This document shows, one piece after another, positions 13,520 through 24,358 of a DNA stretch of 64,000 bases; position 1 is the first letter of the stretch; each line of letters starts with the position of its first letter. The notes under the pieces were generated by a model that did no database searches, was not told the DNA's origin, and was given only the letters and a program-made list of their open reading frames with translations. The stretch covers positions 97,103 to 161,102 of the forward strand of contig NIVC01001297.1 of assembly GCA_002269645.1 (NCBI GenBank), read 5' to 3'. The position numbers and the translations under genes were made by a program. Source of the stretch: Macrostomum lignano. Its lineage: Eukaryota.

Positions 13520-14240
13520 ATCTACTCTCTCCTCTACATCTCTACTCTATCTGCATCTACTTCTCTCCTCTATATCTACTCTCTCCTCTACATCTACTCT
13601 CTCCTCTACATCTACTCTCCCATCTACATCTCATCTCTTCTCTGTATCTACTCTTTCCTCTACATCTACTCTCTCCTCTACATCTCTACTCTATCTGCAT
13701 CTACTTCTCTCCTCTATATCTACTCTCTCCTCTACATCTGCTCTCTCCTCTACATCTACTCTCTCATCTACATCTACTCTCCCATCTACATCTCATCTCT
13801 TCTCTGTATCTACTCTTTCCTCTACATCTACTCTCTCATCTATATCTACTCTCCTATCTACATCTTATCTCTTCTCTATATCTTCTCTTTTCTCTACATC
13901 TACTCTCTCATCTATATCTACTCTCCTATCTACATCTCTACTCTATCTGCATCTACTTCTCTCCTCTATATCTACTCTCTCCTCTACATCTACTCTCCCA
14001 TCTACATCTCATCTCTTCTCTGTATCTACTCTTTCCTCTACATCTACTCTCTCATCTATATCTACTCTCCGTTCTACATCTTATCTCTTCTCTATATCTA
14101 CTCTTTCCTCTATATCTACTCTCTCCTCTATATCTACTCTCTCCTCTATATCTACTCTCTCCTCTATTCTATATCTACTCTCTCCTTTACATCTACTCTC
14201 TCCTCTACATATACTCTCTCTTCTACATCCCTACTCTATT
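13520..14240. repeat. CT-rich degenerate minisatellite (TCTACATCTACTCTCTCC-like)
   Basis: Visible tandem units; the 301-aa ORF is a by-product. Confidence 0.9.
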
Positions 14241-14619
14241 TGTTAAATAAAAATGTAAGTACTAGAAAAATGGATAGTCAATTATTAAAAAAGAGAACCT
14301 CAGCAAAAAAGCAAATTGGTGTGCACATGCAGACAACAGAGCTCACCGAAGCGAACTAGCAAAACGCATAGATTTCAAATTAGCAATTGTAATGGAATGA
14401 CTTTAATTAGATAATACTAATGCTAACACGTGACAGTATCATAAACATCAACTACGTAGATTTAATCAACTCTAAAATAGCACTGGACCACTTCATTGCG
14501 TTCAAAATTTAATTAAAAATCCTTGATAGCTACAAATTAAAAAAACAACTGCTACAGTCATTCTAGACAATTGTACTATATACTTACTTATACACACAAA
14601 GACCTTCACCTATTTCACC

Positions 14620-15030
14620 TTCACCTGAAGGCACCTACAGACCCTTCTACAGGAACTTACAGACCGTTCTTCAGGCACTAACAGACCCTTCTAGAGGCAC
14701 CTACAAACCCTTCTTCAGGCACTTACAGACCGTTCTACAGGAACTTACAGATCCTTCTACAGGCACTAACAGACCATTCTACAGGCACTAACAAACACTT
14801 CTACAGGAACTTACAGATCCTTCTACAGGAACTTACAGACCGTTCTACAGGAACTTACAGACCGTTCTACAGGAACTTACAGATCCTTCTACAGACACTT
14901 ACAGACCCTTCTACAGGCACTTACAGACCCTTCTTCAGGCACTAACAGACCCTTCTACAGGCCCTAACAAACACTTCTACAGGAACTTACAGACCCTTCT
15001 ACAGGCACTTACAGACCATTCTACAGGGTT
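14620..15030. repeat. Minisatellite, ~22-bp unit (CTTACAGACCCTTCTACAGGCA), just downstream of the GALT stop
   Basis: Visible tandem units. Confidence 0.9.
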
Positions 15031-15058
15031 AAACAGCCAATCCAGTCAGGTTAGACAG

Positions 15059-15319
<261 letters not shown>

Positions 15320-15334
15320 TTACCGCTGAACTCC

Positions 15335-16020
15335 ACTATCTGGCCCCATCTATCTGGCACTCTATCTGGCACTCTCTATCTGGCACTCTCTATCTGGCAC
15401 TCTCTATCTGGCACTCTCTATCTCGCACTCTCTATCTCGCACTCTCTATCTGGCACTCTCTATCTGGAACTCTCTATCTGGCACTCTCTATCTCGCACTC
15501 TCTATCTCGCACTCTCTATCTGGCACTCTCTATCTGGAACTCTCTATCTGGCACTCTCTATCTCGCACTCTCTATCTGGCACTCTCTATCTGGAACTCTC
15601 TATCTGGAACTCTCTATCTGGAACTCTCTATCTCGCATTCTATATCTGGCACTCTGTATCTGGCACTCTCTATTTGGCACTCTCTATCTGGCACTATCTA
15701 TTTGGCACTATCTATCTGGTACTCTATCTGGCACTCTCTATCTCGCATTCTATATCTGGCACTCTGTATCTGGCACTCTCTATTTGGCACTCTCTATCTG
15801 GCACTATCTATTTGGCACTATCTATCTGGTACTCTATCTGGCACTCTCTATCTGGCACTCTATCTGGCACTCTCTATCTGGCACTCTCTATCTGGCACTC
15901 TCATCTGGCACTCTCTATCTCGCATTCTATATCTGGCACTCTATATTTGGCACGCTCTATCTGGCACTCTCTATCTGGCACACTATATCTGATACTTTAT
16001 CTGCCACTCTCTATCTAACA
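15335..16020. repeat. Minisatellite, 14-bp unit (CTCTCTATCTGGCA), filling GALT intron 3
   Basis: Visible tandem units. Confidence 0.9.
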
Positions 16021-16038
16021 CGCCTCATATTGGCACTA

Positions 16039-16176
<138 letters not shown>

Positions 16177-16341
16177 TTATATAAACTTATAGAAAGTTAC
16201 ATTGGAGGGTGTGGATAGCAAACAGAAGTTAACTTGAATAGGTAGAGGGGGGGCACCCCCAAGACACAGTGAAGTGTAAATAATGAGAAATTGCGGCTGT
16301 ACACCTTGTCAGCCGAGCCTAACAAGCCCTCAGACTCTCAC

Positions 16342-16657
16342 CTGACACCTCTCCGTCATTCAGGTCCGTCAGCCTGAGCACGTGCCGTCGCGGTAGCAGC
16401 ATAGTCTCAAACGGCCAAACAGCCCAAAAAGGCACCACGCAGACCCAGTGCTCGTTTTGGAATACAATTCGTTCATCCCGACGGAGCTCCTGCTGAACAT
16501 AGTCAACCAGCATCGGCCGGTTGCCATTCCTGGCTGCGTAGGCCAACTGATTTGAGTCCTTTTTAGCTGCCTCGGTTGGCAGATAGGCAGTTGACCAGAT
16601 CTGGCAGTGGGGGTGCGGATTCGAGCAGCCCATGACGGCGCCTCGGTTCTCCAGAAT
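16342..16657 (-). CDS. GALT: GALT exon 2
   Basis: [21 protein letters not shown] (HPH active-site motif) ... [19 protein letters not shown]; GACAG| acceptor and CAG|GTGAGA donor. Confidence 0.95.
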
Positions 16658-16714
16658 CTGTCAAGCGGCGGTTTGCGGCTGTTTTTAATGATGCCTTTGA
16701 TGTTTTATTATGCT

Positions 16715-17945
16715 ACCTATCCACTGATTAGAAGTTTTCACACCTCATCTATCCACGGATTAGAAGATTTCACACCTTACCTATCCACTGATTAGAAGTT
16801 TTCACACCTTATCTATCCACTGATTAGAAGATTTCACACCTTATCTATCCACTGCCGCGACCCAGGCTCGATTCCAAGTGCAGCCACATTAATTTGGGGC
16901 TGGATTGGAATCTTGGCTTGGCTCGCTTGTGCAATTAACGGCCTTGAGAGCCAACCCCCCAAGGCGCAGTGAAGTGTACATGCCTAACAATTGATAAAAG
17001 TTAGGGCCGCTGTACACTCCTGTGTGAGTGTGTGCCTGCGTAACGTATCCGCGCGCTTGTATGCCTGCTCAGGAGAGTCGGCGGAATGGGCAGTAATGCC
17101 TCTCGCCGGTTGTGTGCCAATGACGCTTAAATTGCGCCAGGGTGCACACAACCCCCCTGCCTCTAATAAAAAAAATCCACTGATTAGGAGATTTCACACC
17201 TTACCTATCCACTGATTAGAAGTTTTCACACCTTACCTATCCACTGATTAGAAGATTTCACACCTTATCTATCCACTGATTAGAAAATTTCACACCTTAT
17301 TTATCCACTGATTAGAAGATTTCACACCTTATCTATCCACTGATTAGAATATTTCACACCTTACCTATCCACTGATTAGAAGATTTCACACCTTATTTAT
17401 CCACTGATTAGAAGATTTCACACCTTATCTATCCACTGATTAGAATATTTCACACCTTACCTATCCACTGATTAGAAGATTTCACACCTTATCTATCCAC
17501 TGATTAGAAGTTTTCACACCTTATCTATCCACTGATTAGAAGATTTCACACCTTATCTATCCACTGATTAGAAGATTTCACACCTTACCTATCCACTGAT
17601 TAGAAGATTTCACACCTTATCTATCCACTGATTAGAATATTTCACACCTTACCTATTCACTGATTAGAAGTTTTCACACCTTATCTATCCACTGATTAGA
17701 AGTTTTCACACCTTATCTATCCACTGATTAGAAGTTTTCACACCTTATCTATCCACTGATTAGAAGTTTTCACACCTTATCTATCCACTGATTAGAAGTT
17801 TTCACACCTTATCTATCCACTGATTAGAAGTTTTCACACCTTATCTATCCACTGATTAGAAGTTTTCACACCTTATCTATCCACTGATTAGAAGTTTTCA
17901 CACCTTATCTATCCACTGATTAGAAGTTTTCACACCTTATCTATC
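16715..17945. repeat. Minisatellite, 32-bp unit (CACACCTTA(T/C)CTATCCACTGATTAGAAGATTT), interrupted by a SINE
   Basis: About 28 visible units. Confidence 0.92.
16855..17174 (+). mobile_element. tRNA-derived SINE, 5'-truncated (retains B box)
   Basis: GGCTCGATTCC B box; body matches the 63247 copy; AATAAAAAAAA tail; flanking duplication ATCCACTG. Confidence 0.8.
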
Positions 17946-18730
17946 GCATTGATTGGAGGGTTTCACACTTTTATCTGCTTTTTAAAACCGTATCAATCTA
18001 TTTACTGATAATTTTTCCACAAAAAAGCTTTTCATACTTTGAGTACGCAGAATATCCGCAAGAAAGGCGACTTATGTCACACAAGTTGCTACCCATAATT
18101 GCGAAGTAAGTTGCAATTCTTTTTTTAGTACAGTAGAAGACATTTAAACCCGAAAGACTGACAGTTTCAAGTTTGGCTCCCAATTTCTTCTTAATTGTCT
18201 TCTTTCACCCTTCAGATTCTTCCATTTTGAAGCAAGAAGAAGTCACTCGCATGAATTTGCATCCTCAGCATAGCTTTTCAAGAATTTTAGCACCGAATGA
18301 AGCTGAGCACCTGCGACTGGCAAGACAGATTCACACGCAATCCAACTGTCACTGTTGCCAGGGTGGCATATCCTTACTAGTGAATTAAAAGAAGCTACAA
18401 AAACTCTTTCAATCCACGAAAAGGCTTCAAAGTTGCTGCGAGAATAAAAAACTGCTTTTAGAAGAACCCCGAAAAGTGTCCCGAGTGCCGGGGCAAGGCA
18501 ATTGTTCCAAACCATGCTTGGAGCAGGTAAAATTAGTACTGAGGCATCCCCGAGGCCACGGAGCGGAATAAAACGCATTAGCAACAGTTGATAGATGGTA
18601 AAAAACAGCAGAGTGCAACCAGCTAGATTGATGCACCTCGGTAAGGTAAGCCTGACGCAAATAAAAAACCAATCAAGCGTTTTGAGCAAGAGAGCAAGAG
18701 ATCTGCTCAGCATCAATATCATTCCATGCG

Positions 18731-18885
18731 AGTAGTAGAGGATAACACAACTCTGCCGCAGGGAAAGCCACGGAAATTCCGTGGGCCCGGATCAGAAGGG
18801 CGCCTATGTGTTTGCATGGCTCAACTCTGCCGCAGGCAAAGCCATGGGAATTCCGTAGACTCCTAATGAGAGTACATAGGCACCT
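18731..18885 (+). repeat. Left TIR of the Polinton
   Basis: Reverse complement of 34536-34690 with 1 mismatch in the first 139 bp and ~4 over 155 bp. Confidence 0.95.
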
Positions 18886-18952
18886 GTGTTCCATAGGGGT
18901 AGGCCCCCTAATGTGAATACATAGACGCATGTGTTTACATAGGAGATATTTG

Positions 18953-18960
18953 TATATAAA
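18953..18960 (+). promoter_or_regulatory. TATA box upstream of the PC4-like gene
   Basis: TATATAAA ~75 bp before ATG 19035, just inside the left TIR. Confidence 0.55.
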
Positions 18961-19034
18961 CCAGAAAATTTGTTTTCACAAATAATAAAATTTTTGAAAT
19001 TCTCGCTCCGTTACATCGTAATAACTAATTAATA

Positions 19035-19778
19035 ATGGTCGATATTGGAGAAGGCTACAAACTTCAAGTACAAGAGTATGAAGGAGTACAGTTTATTGCG
19101 ATTCGGAAATTTTATCGACATGGCAGCACAGCAAGTTTAAAACCCGGCGTTCCCGGATTTAACCTCAACATCCGACAATGGGAGAAGTTGAAAGAACTGA
19201 AGCGAACTCTCGTGAAGGCGGCCCTAGGCGGGCAACAGAGGATCATCAAACTCGGTTTTGATAAGTTTGTTGAGGTTAAGAACGGCATCATCTGGCTAAG
19301 ACGGCTTCCAGAAGATTGCTGCGAAGAATTTTTGAAGCGAAACACTGTGGCCTTGGCACCAGCTCTGTGGCGAAAACTGTGGGAGCAGGCTGCATGGATC
19401 GACGAGCAGCTGTCTGCCCCACGCCAAATTTCTGATGTGTATGAGCTGGAGTCGGGATCTTCGAGCGAGAGAAACGGTGATGATGATGACAACAGCAACA
19501 AGGACGACACCATGCGGCTTGCGAAGACTGAGGATGAGGGCGTCCAATCAAGCACTCTACGCATCGACGATGAAGTGGTCACATCAACGCCTCTACCGGT
19601 GACAAGTGCTGCAGCTGGCTTTATCCCAAAGCAGGATTCGGATTTGCTGCAGGACCCAGTCTGGTATCGCTTCCGGGCTGAAGCAGCTGCGGTCGAGAAC
19701 GTCAGGAAGCGCAAGCAACCATATCCGCTGCGCAGGCAGAATGCCATGAGACTGCGCCTCAATGAGGATGAGGAGTGA
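19035..19778 (+). CDS. PC4/Sub1-like ssDNA-binding protein (one clear and one degenerate PC4 domain, acidic linker, basic NLS-like tail)
   Basis: VQEYEGVQFIAIRKFY...KPGVPGFNLNIRQWEKLKEL matches the PC4 core (VRDFKGKVLIDIREYW...KPGRKGISLNPEQWSQLKE); second repeat ends ...VALAPALWRKLWE. Confidence 0.75.
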   Translation: MVDIGEGYKLQVQEYEGVQFIAIRKFYRHGSTASLKPGVPGFNLNIRQWEKLKELKRTLVKAALGGQQRIIKLGFDKFVEVKNGIIWLRRLPEDCCEEFLKRNTVALAPALWRKLWEQAAWIDEQLSAPRQISDVYELESGSSSERNGDDDDNSNKDDTMRLAKTEDEGVQSSTLRIDDEVVTSTPLPVTSAAAGFIPKQDSDLLQDPVWYRFRAEAAAVENVRKRKQPYPLRRQNAMRLRLNEDEE

Positions 19779-20035
19779 AGAAGAAGAATAAGAAGTGCTT
19801 TGAAGAACTTTGGTGACTGGTGACATACTTAAATTGGCTCATTTAACAATTTCTATAATTAACATTGCTCATTTATCCAGAAAACTTAATTAAGTCTCTC
19901 CATTTAAGAAAATCATGCAACTTATTGTTTCTTATCCGCTAAAAAATATAAAAGCTTCTTTTCATAAAAAAATTGTTTTCCTTTGTTCTTGTGCTTAAGA
20001 AAAAATTAGACTGTTGACTTTTGTTTCTTGAGAAA

Positions 20036-20165
20036 ATGGAAAAAAATTATTTGCTCCTGGCCAACCAGCTAGTTTTTCAATTTGCCCAACAGCTGCTGCA
20101 TCAAGTTAGAGAAGAGGGTGGGCATAAAAATTGAAAGAGCATTGAACAGTGGCTCAATGAGCAAA
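20036..20165 (+). pseudogene. Frameshifted duplicate of the integrase N-terminus
   Basis: Reads MEKNY/APGQPASFS.../QQLLHQVREEGGHKN*KSIEQWLNEQ versus integrase MEKIYYNPAQPASFSGVSKLLHELKK...KSIGQWLTEQ. Confidence 0.7.
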
Positions 20166-20224
20166 CCGCGAAAAGAACTTAAAAAAAATTGTTTTGCAGG
20201 CTTTCATTCAGCTTGATTTTGATA

Positions 20225-21295
20225 ATGGAAAAGATCTACTACAACCCTGCTCAGCCTGCCAGTTTCTCGGGTGTCTCAAAGCTTCTGCACGAGCTCAAGA
20301 AAACACAGGATAATCGTGAATCTAAAAAGAGCATCGGACAATGGCTGACTGAGCAGCCTGTGTACACACTGCACAAGCAAGCTAGGAGACGCTATCCTAT
20401 GGCACCAATCATTGTTAGGGCTATTGATGATCAGTGGGAACTTGACCTGGTTGAGATGATACCATTTGCAAAATACAATAACGGCTACAAGTATATTCTC
20501 ACATGTATAGATGTCCTCTCTAAATCTGGTTGGGCCAGGCCTCTAAAAAACAAATCAGCTGCGGAAGTCAAGTTCGCATTCGAGAGTATCCTGAGGTGCT
20601 CAAAGCGCCAGCCACGCACAGTCCGCACGGATCAAGGAAAAGAGTTCATCAATACCAATTTTCGGGAGCTCTGTATAAGCAAGGGAATTTTGGCATTCCC
20701 CACTAATAGTGAGCAAAAAGCAGCCATCATAGAGAGGTGGAATAGAACTTTGAAAAACAAAATGTGGCGATATTTCACCCACAAGAGCACTTTGCATTGG
20801 GTTGATGTGTTGCCAAAGCTGGTCAAGTCGTACAACAACACTTACCACAGAAGCATCAAAATGGCACCGACTAGCGTATGCAAAGAGAATGAGACTGAGG
20901 TCTGGATGAACCTTTACAATGGAAGAGCCATTGAGACTGTAAATAAGCCAAAGAAGCCCAAATTCAGTGAAAAGCAGTCAGTGAGAATTTCCAATGCACC
21001 CAGGCTATTCCACAAAGGATACAAGGCCAACTGGAGTGAGGAGGTGTACACTGTAGTATGTAGGGCACCGAAGCACTATCCGTACATGTACAAGATTAGG
21101 GACATAAAGGGTGAGGAGATCCGGGGTCTCTTTCATGAGCATGAGCTGCAGGCGGTGCCGGACTCACAGCGACTGTATGTGATTGAGAAGATTCTGAAAA
21201 CGGAGAAGAGGAAGGGAAAAATTCGCTATCTGGTGAAGTGGGCCGGCTACGACTCGACAGGCTGGGTGGATGAAAAAGACTTAAGAAAGGTTTAG
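20225..21295 (+). CDS. Retroviral-like (rve) integrase with C-terminal chromodomain
   Basis: DDE triad WELDLVEM / RTDQGKEF / IIERWNRTLK; chromodomain VIEKIL...YLVKWAGY; ATG at 20225. Confidence 0.95.
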   Translation: MEKIYYNPAQPASFSGVSKLLHELKKTQDNRESKKSIGQWLTEQPVYTLHKQARRRYPMAPIIVRAIDDQWELDLVEMIPFAKYNNGYKYILTCIDVLSKSGWARPLKNKSAAEVKFAFESILRCSKRQPRTVRTDQGKEFINTNFRELCISKGILAFPTNSEQKAAIIERWNRTLKNKMWRYFTHKSTLHWVDVLPKLVKSYNNTYHRSIKMAPTSVCKENETEVWMNLYNGRAIETVNKPKKPKFSEKQSVRISNAPRLFHKGYKANWSEEVYTVVCRAPKHYPYMYKIRDIKGEEIRGLFHEHELQAVPDSQRLYVIEKILKTEKRKGKIRYLVKWAGYDSTGWVDEKDLRKV

Positions 21296-21314
21296 CTTTT
21301 GCGCATCTCTTCTC

Positions 21315-22142
21315 ATGAGGTTTAACATTATAATGCGAACTATTTTGATTAACAGTGAGCATGCTGAAGGTACTCCTAGTGACTTTAATTTTTACTTGCC
21401 TTCACCTATTTACTTGGATCGAAATGTGGACTATGAGGCAGGTCTGGCTGAAATCCATCTGCCTGCTGCATGGTTCAATGTTGACGAGCCTTACTGCTTC
21501 ACTGTCTCAGATGGAAGAGAGCATGAGGCCCTGGTTCTTCAACCCGGACGCTTTGCTAGAGTGGAGGAGCTGGTGGAGCGTTTGAATCAGCTGCTGGCCA
21601 ACTCTGATTCGCTATTCTTTGATGCAATGAGTGACAGGGAGTCTGAGATGGAGGCTGATGAGTCCGGCCTGATGGGGCGTAGTGGCAACAGGGAATTCGG
21701 TATGAAGTTCGAAATCCGCAACTCACGAACTGTGGTGCACAACAACACTGCGAGAGCAGAGATGTTTCTCCCATCCAGCAAAATTCTGCATTGGCTGGGA
21801 TTTGGAAACCAGGCTGTGAAAATCCAGCCAGGGAGCCGCGTGTCCGAGCACTGCATTGGCTGCCCGCGCACCAGCTTAATCAATGTGCACTGCAGTATCG
21901 TTGAGTCAACTAATTGCAACTTGGGCTCCCTGTTGAGAACAGTTGGAATGAAAGCCGGCATTGAATGGGGCAACTATCAAACAAAAATATTTAAGAAAAC
22001 AATATTCTTCCCGATTCAACGAATCAGTCTTCTTCACAGCATTCGAGTTCAGCTGCGTGACATCTATGGTTGCCCACTGATTGCCCAGACACTCAGCCCT
22101 GTTCTGCTCACAGTTCAGATTCGGGAGAAACGCATTCAATGA
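21315..22142 (+). CDS. Minor capsid (penton, PX-type) protein
   Basis: N-terminal DFNFYLPSPIYL...YEAGLAEIHLPAAWFNV and C-terminal IRVQLRDIYG motifs typical of Polinton pentons; position before MCP. Confidence 0.75.
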   Translation: MRFNIIMRTILINSEHAEGTPSDFNFYLPSPIYLDRNVDYEAGLAEIHLPAAWFNVDEPYCFTVSDGREHEALVLQPGRFARVEELVERLNQLLANSDSLFFDAMSDRESEMEADESGLMGRSGNREFGMKFEIRNSRTVVHNNTARAEMFLPSSKILHWLGFGNQAVKIQPGSRVSEHCIGCPRTSLINVHCSIVESTNCNLGSLLRTVGMKAGIEWGNYQTKIFKKTIFFPIQRISLLHSIRVQLRDIYGCPLIAQTLSPVLLTVQIREKRIQ

Positions 22143-22528
22143 ACTACCAGCAGCTGATCCAGCAATATTCGGGGGTGAGGACAGGACACGAAAAGCCTGC
22201 ACTCTATGGCTGTGGGAGCTTTCCGGGGATCATGACATACCAGCCTCCGCCAGCGGCTACATCATCATTCTCAACGCATAGCAATGTCAGGCGCAAAAGA
22301 AATACTGAAGCAAGTCCGAAACGATTGAAGAAGAAGAAGTACACCCGAAAGGCAACTGGTAGAGATCGCACCAATAAGAGGTGCAATGAAAGAAATCCGA
22401 GCAAGGCTAGTAGGAAAAAGCTTAAGAATAGGAAGACGAAAGCAAAGAAGAATGCAGCAGGCGGAGGAAAGCGAAAGCGAAAAGTCAGCAAGAAAACTGT
22501 GAAACGCGTGCTCGACTCTCTGTCATAG
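22139..22528 (+). CDS. Small, highly basic putative virion core/DNA-condensing protein (129 aa)
   Basis: K/R-rich C-terminal two-thirds; ATG overlaps the upstream stop (ATGA); lies between penton and MCP. Confidence 0.6.
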   Translation: MNYQQLIQQYSGVRTGHEKPALYGCGSFPGIMTYQPPPAATSSFSTHSNVRRKRNTEASPKRLKKKKYTRKATGRDRTNKRCNERNPSKASRKKLKNRKTKAKKNAAGGGKRKRKVSKKTVKRVLDSLS

Positions 22529-22530
22529 AC

Positions 22531-23814
22531 ATGGCTTACGGATTCAATCCCAGACTTGATTTATTTAAGACGCCTGTTCTACAAACCTGCATTGAAAAAG
22601 CTACTTATGTTGATATTCACCCAGTAAATTCCATTACTGCAAACTCCCCCATTGAATTTGACTGCCACCAATCTGCCGATGAATACACTGATTTGCTTAA
22701 TTCTTTTCTTTATATTCGCTGCCGCCTTGTGAGACTGGATGGGGGTTTGCTGAGGGAGGATGTTCGAGATGGAGATGGCATCATCACCGAGCGCAGAGAC
22801 AGTGACGTGCACCCAGAAAACTTTGTTTTGTCTACAGCCTTCTCAGATGTAATTGTGAGCATTAACCAGCGAGTGGTATCTGGTGGAGACCAGCTCTATC
22901 CCTACCATGCGTACTTCAAAGCACTAATGAGCTCATCTGATGCCCAGCAACTAAAACTTTACCCTGCTGGCTTCCTGGAGCCGAACTCGGCAGCTGAAAA
23001 GCACACGGAGAGCCACAGGGAATCCCGATGGATGGAGTATGCGGGACCGCTCTTCAGCGATGTTTTCCAATGCCCAGTGTTTCTGCTAAACAATCTGCAC
23101 TTGCACATCAAACTGGTGCCCAGCGATGGGGCCTTTGCCATCAGAAGCCCGAATGCAAACAACGCGGCATACCGCATGGAAATCTCTCACTGCATTTTGC
23201 ATCTTCGCCGAGTCAAAGTGGTGCCCCACATCAGCCTGGCCCACGAGCAGGGGTTGACAAACCAAAATGCACTGTATCCCATCGAGCGAACTGAAATGCA
23301 GAACTTCATCCTACCCCAGGGCATTCAATCTAAAAACATTGAAGGATTCACTCATGGAAAATTGCCGAAGTTCATCATGCTGGCCTTCGTGAGCCACCGT
23401 GCATTCAACGGTCATCATCACGCGAGCCCGTTCCAGTTCCAGAGCTTCAACCTTAGCCAGTTGGCTCTAAAGAAAGGTGGGGAAACCGTGTGTCACGGTG
23501 CCTTCACACCTGAAAACAATTCCTTTGTAAGAGAATACTTACACTACCTGAAAAGCTGTCAATCTGCAAGCCACACGAACTCGGTTCCGTGGATCCCTTA
23601 CCAGCTCTTCTCCAACAACAGCACGGTGTTTGCATTCGATCTCACACCAGAGGGAGCGGCTCTGTGGTACGGACAGAAGGAGGGCAACCTGCGGTTGGAG
23701 ATTCGCTTCCGACAGGCTCTGGACGAAACGGTGTCCCTGATCGCTCTGTGCCTGTATGACTCGCTGATTGAGGTCACCAAGCACCGGGAGCTTTTGCTGG
23801 ACTATTCCTCTTAA
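22531..23814 (+). CDS. Major capsid protein (double jelly-roll, PY-type)
   Basis: LQTCIEKATYVDIHPVNSITANSPIEF...YTDLLNSFLYI; 427 aa; C-terminal GNLRLEIRF. Confidence 0.9.
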   Translation: MAYGFNPRLDLFKTPVLQTCIEKATYVDIHPVNSITANSPIEFDCHQSADEYTDLLNSFLYIRCRLVRLDGGLLREDVRDGDGIITERRDSDVHPENFVLSTAFSDVIVSINQRVVSGGDQLYPYHAYFKALMSSSDAQQLKLYPAGFLEPNSAAEKHTESHRESRWMEYAGPLFSDVFQCPVFLLNNLHLHIKLVPSDGAFAIRSPNANNAAYRMEISHCILHLRRVKVVPHISLAHEQGLTNQNALYPIERTEMQNFILPQGIQSKNIEGFTHGKLPKFIMLAFVSHRAFNGHHHASPFQFQSFNLSQLALKKGGETVCHGAFTPENNSFVREYLHYLKSCQSASHTNSVPWIPYQLFSNNSTVFAFDLTPEGAALWYGQKEGNLRLEIRFRQALDETVSLIALCLYDSLIEVTKHRELLLDYSS

Positions 23815-23819
23815 CTGGC

Positions 23820-24329
23820 ATGGAAGCAATTCAACTACTCCATCTCGCCAGAAAATTTTTGTCTTGCCGAAAATTCTTCATCATTACTTTACATTCACGC
23901 TATAAAAATGTATTGTCTTTGAGTCTAAAAAGAAAATATCGATCAATTCCCTTTGAAAACAAGTTTGTGTTTATCCTACTACAGCACAATGGCTCATTTG
24001 GTCATTGGGTGGTGTGCTATGCTGGGCAAGGAAATTGCATTGAGCTGTTCAACTCCCTCGGCTGGGAACCTGAAATTTTATCTGTGGTTTATAATTTGTT
24101 TCGAGAGATTAAAACAACTGGCTTTTATCTCCGAAGCAATATAAACAGATTTCAATGTGCTAACTCTAATAAATGCGGAGTGTTTTGCATCTATTTTGCT
24201 TATCAAAAGTTGCTGATCAATCGGTCATTTGAGGGTATTTTAAAGAGTTTGCACTCTAATGAAAAAAATCATTTGAATGATAGAATCTTACAGAGGTTTG
24301 AAGCCAACTTAAGAAAAAGATGTCCGTGA
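23820..24329 (+). CDS. Adenain-like cysteine maturation protease
   Basis: GHWV, LFNSLG, QCANSNKCGVFCIYF (His, Asn in place of Asp, Gln, Cys). Confidence 0.85.
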   Translation: MEAIQLLHLARKFLSCRKFFIITLHSRYKNVLSLSLKRKYRSIPFENKFVFILLQHNGSFGHWVVCYAGQGNCIELFNSLGWEPEILSVVYNLFREIKTTGFYLRSNINRFQCANSNKCGVFCIYFAYQKLLINRSFEGILKSLHSNEKNHLNDRILQRFEANLRKRCP

Positions 24330-24358
24330 TTTTCTAGAACTATATTTATGCATTAGAC

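Noticed and set aside
16715-17945. CRISPR-like appearance of regular 32-bp repeats (also other arrays)
   Set aside because: No unique spacers, no cas genes, eukaryotic context
17945-18730. Sequence interrupted by the Polinton (continues at 34697-35340); 159-aa ORF and a CPECR fragment
   Set aside because: Rejoining across the TSD gave no recognisable domain in any frame I read; possibly a decayed element, unsupported
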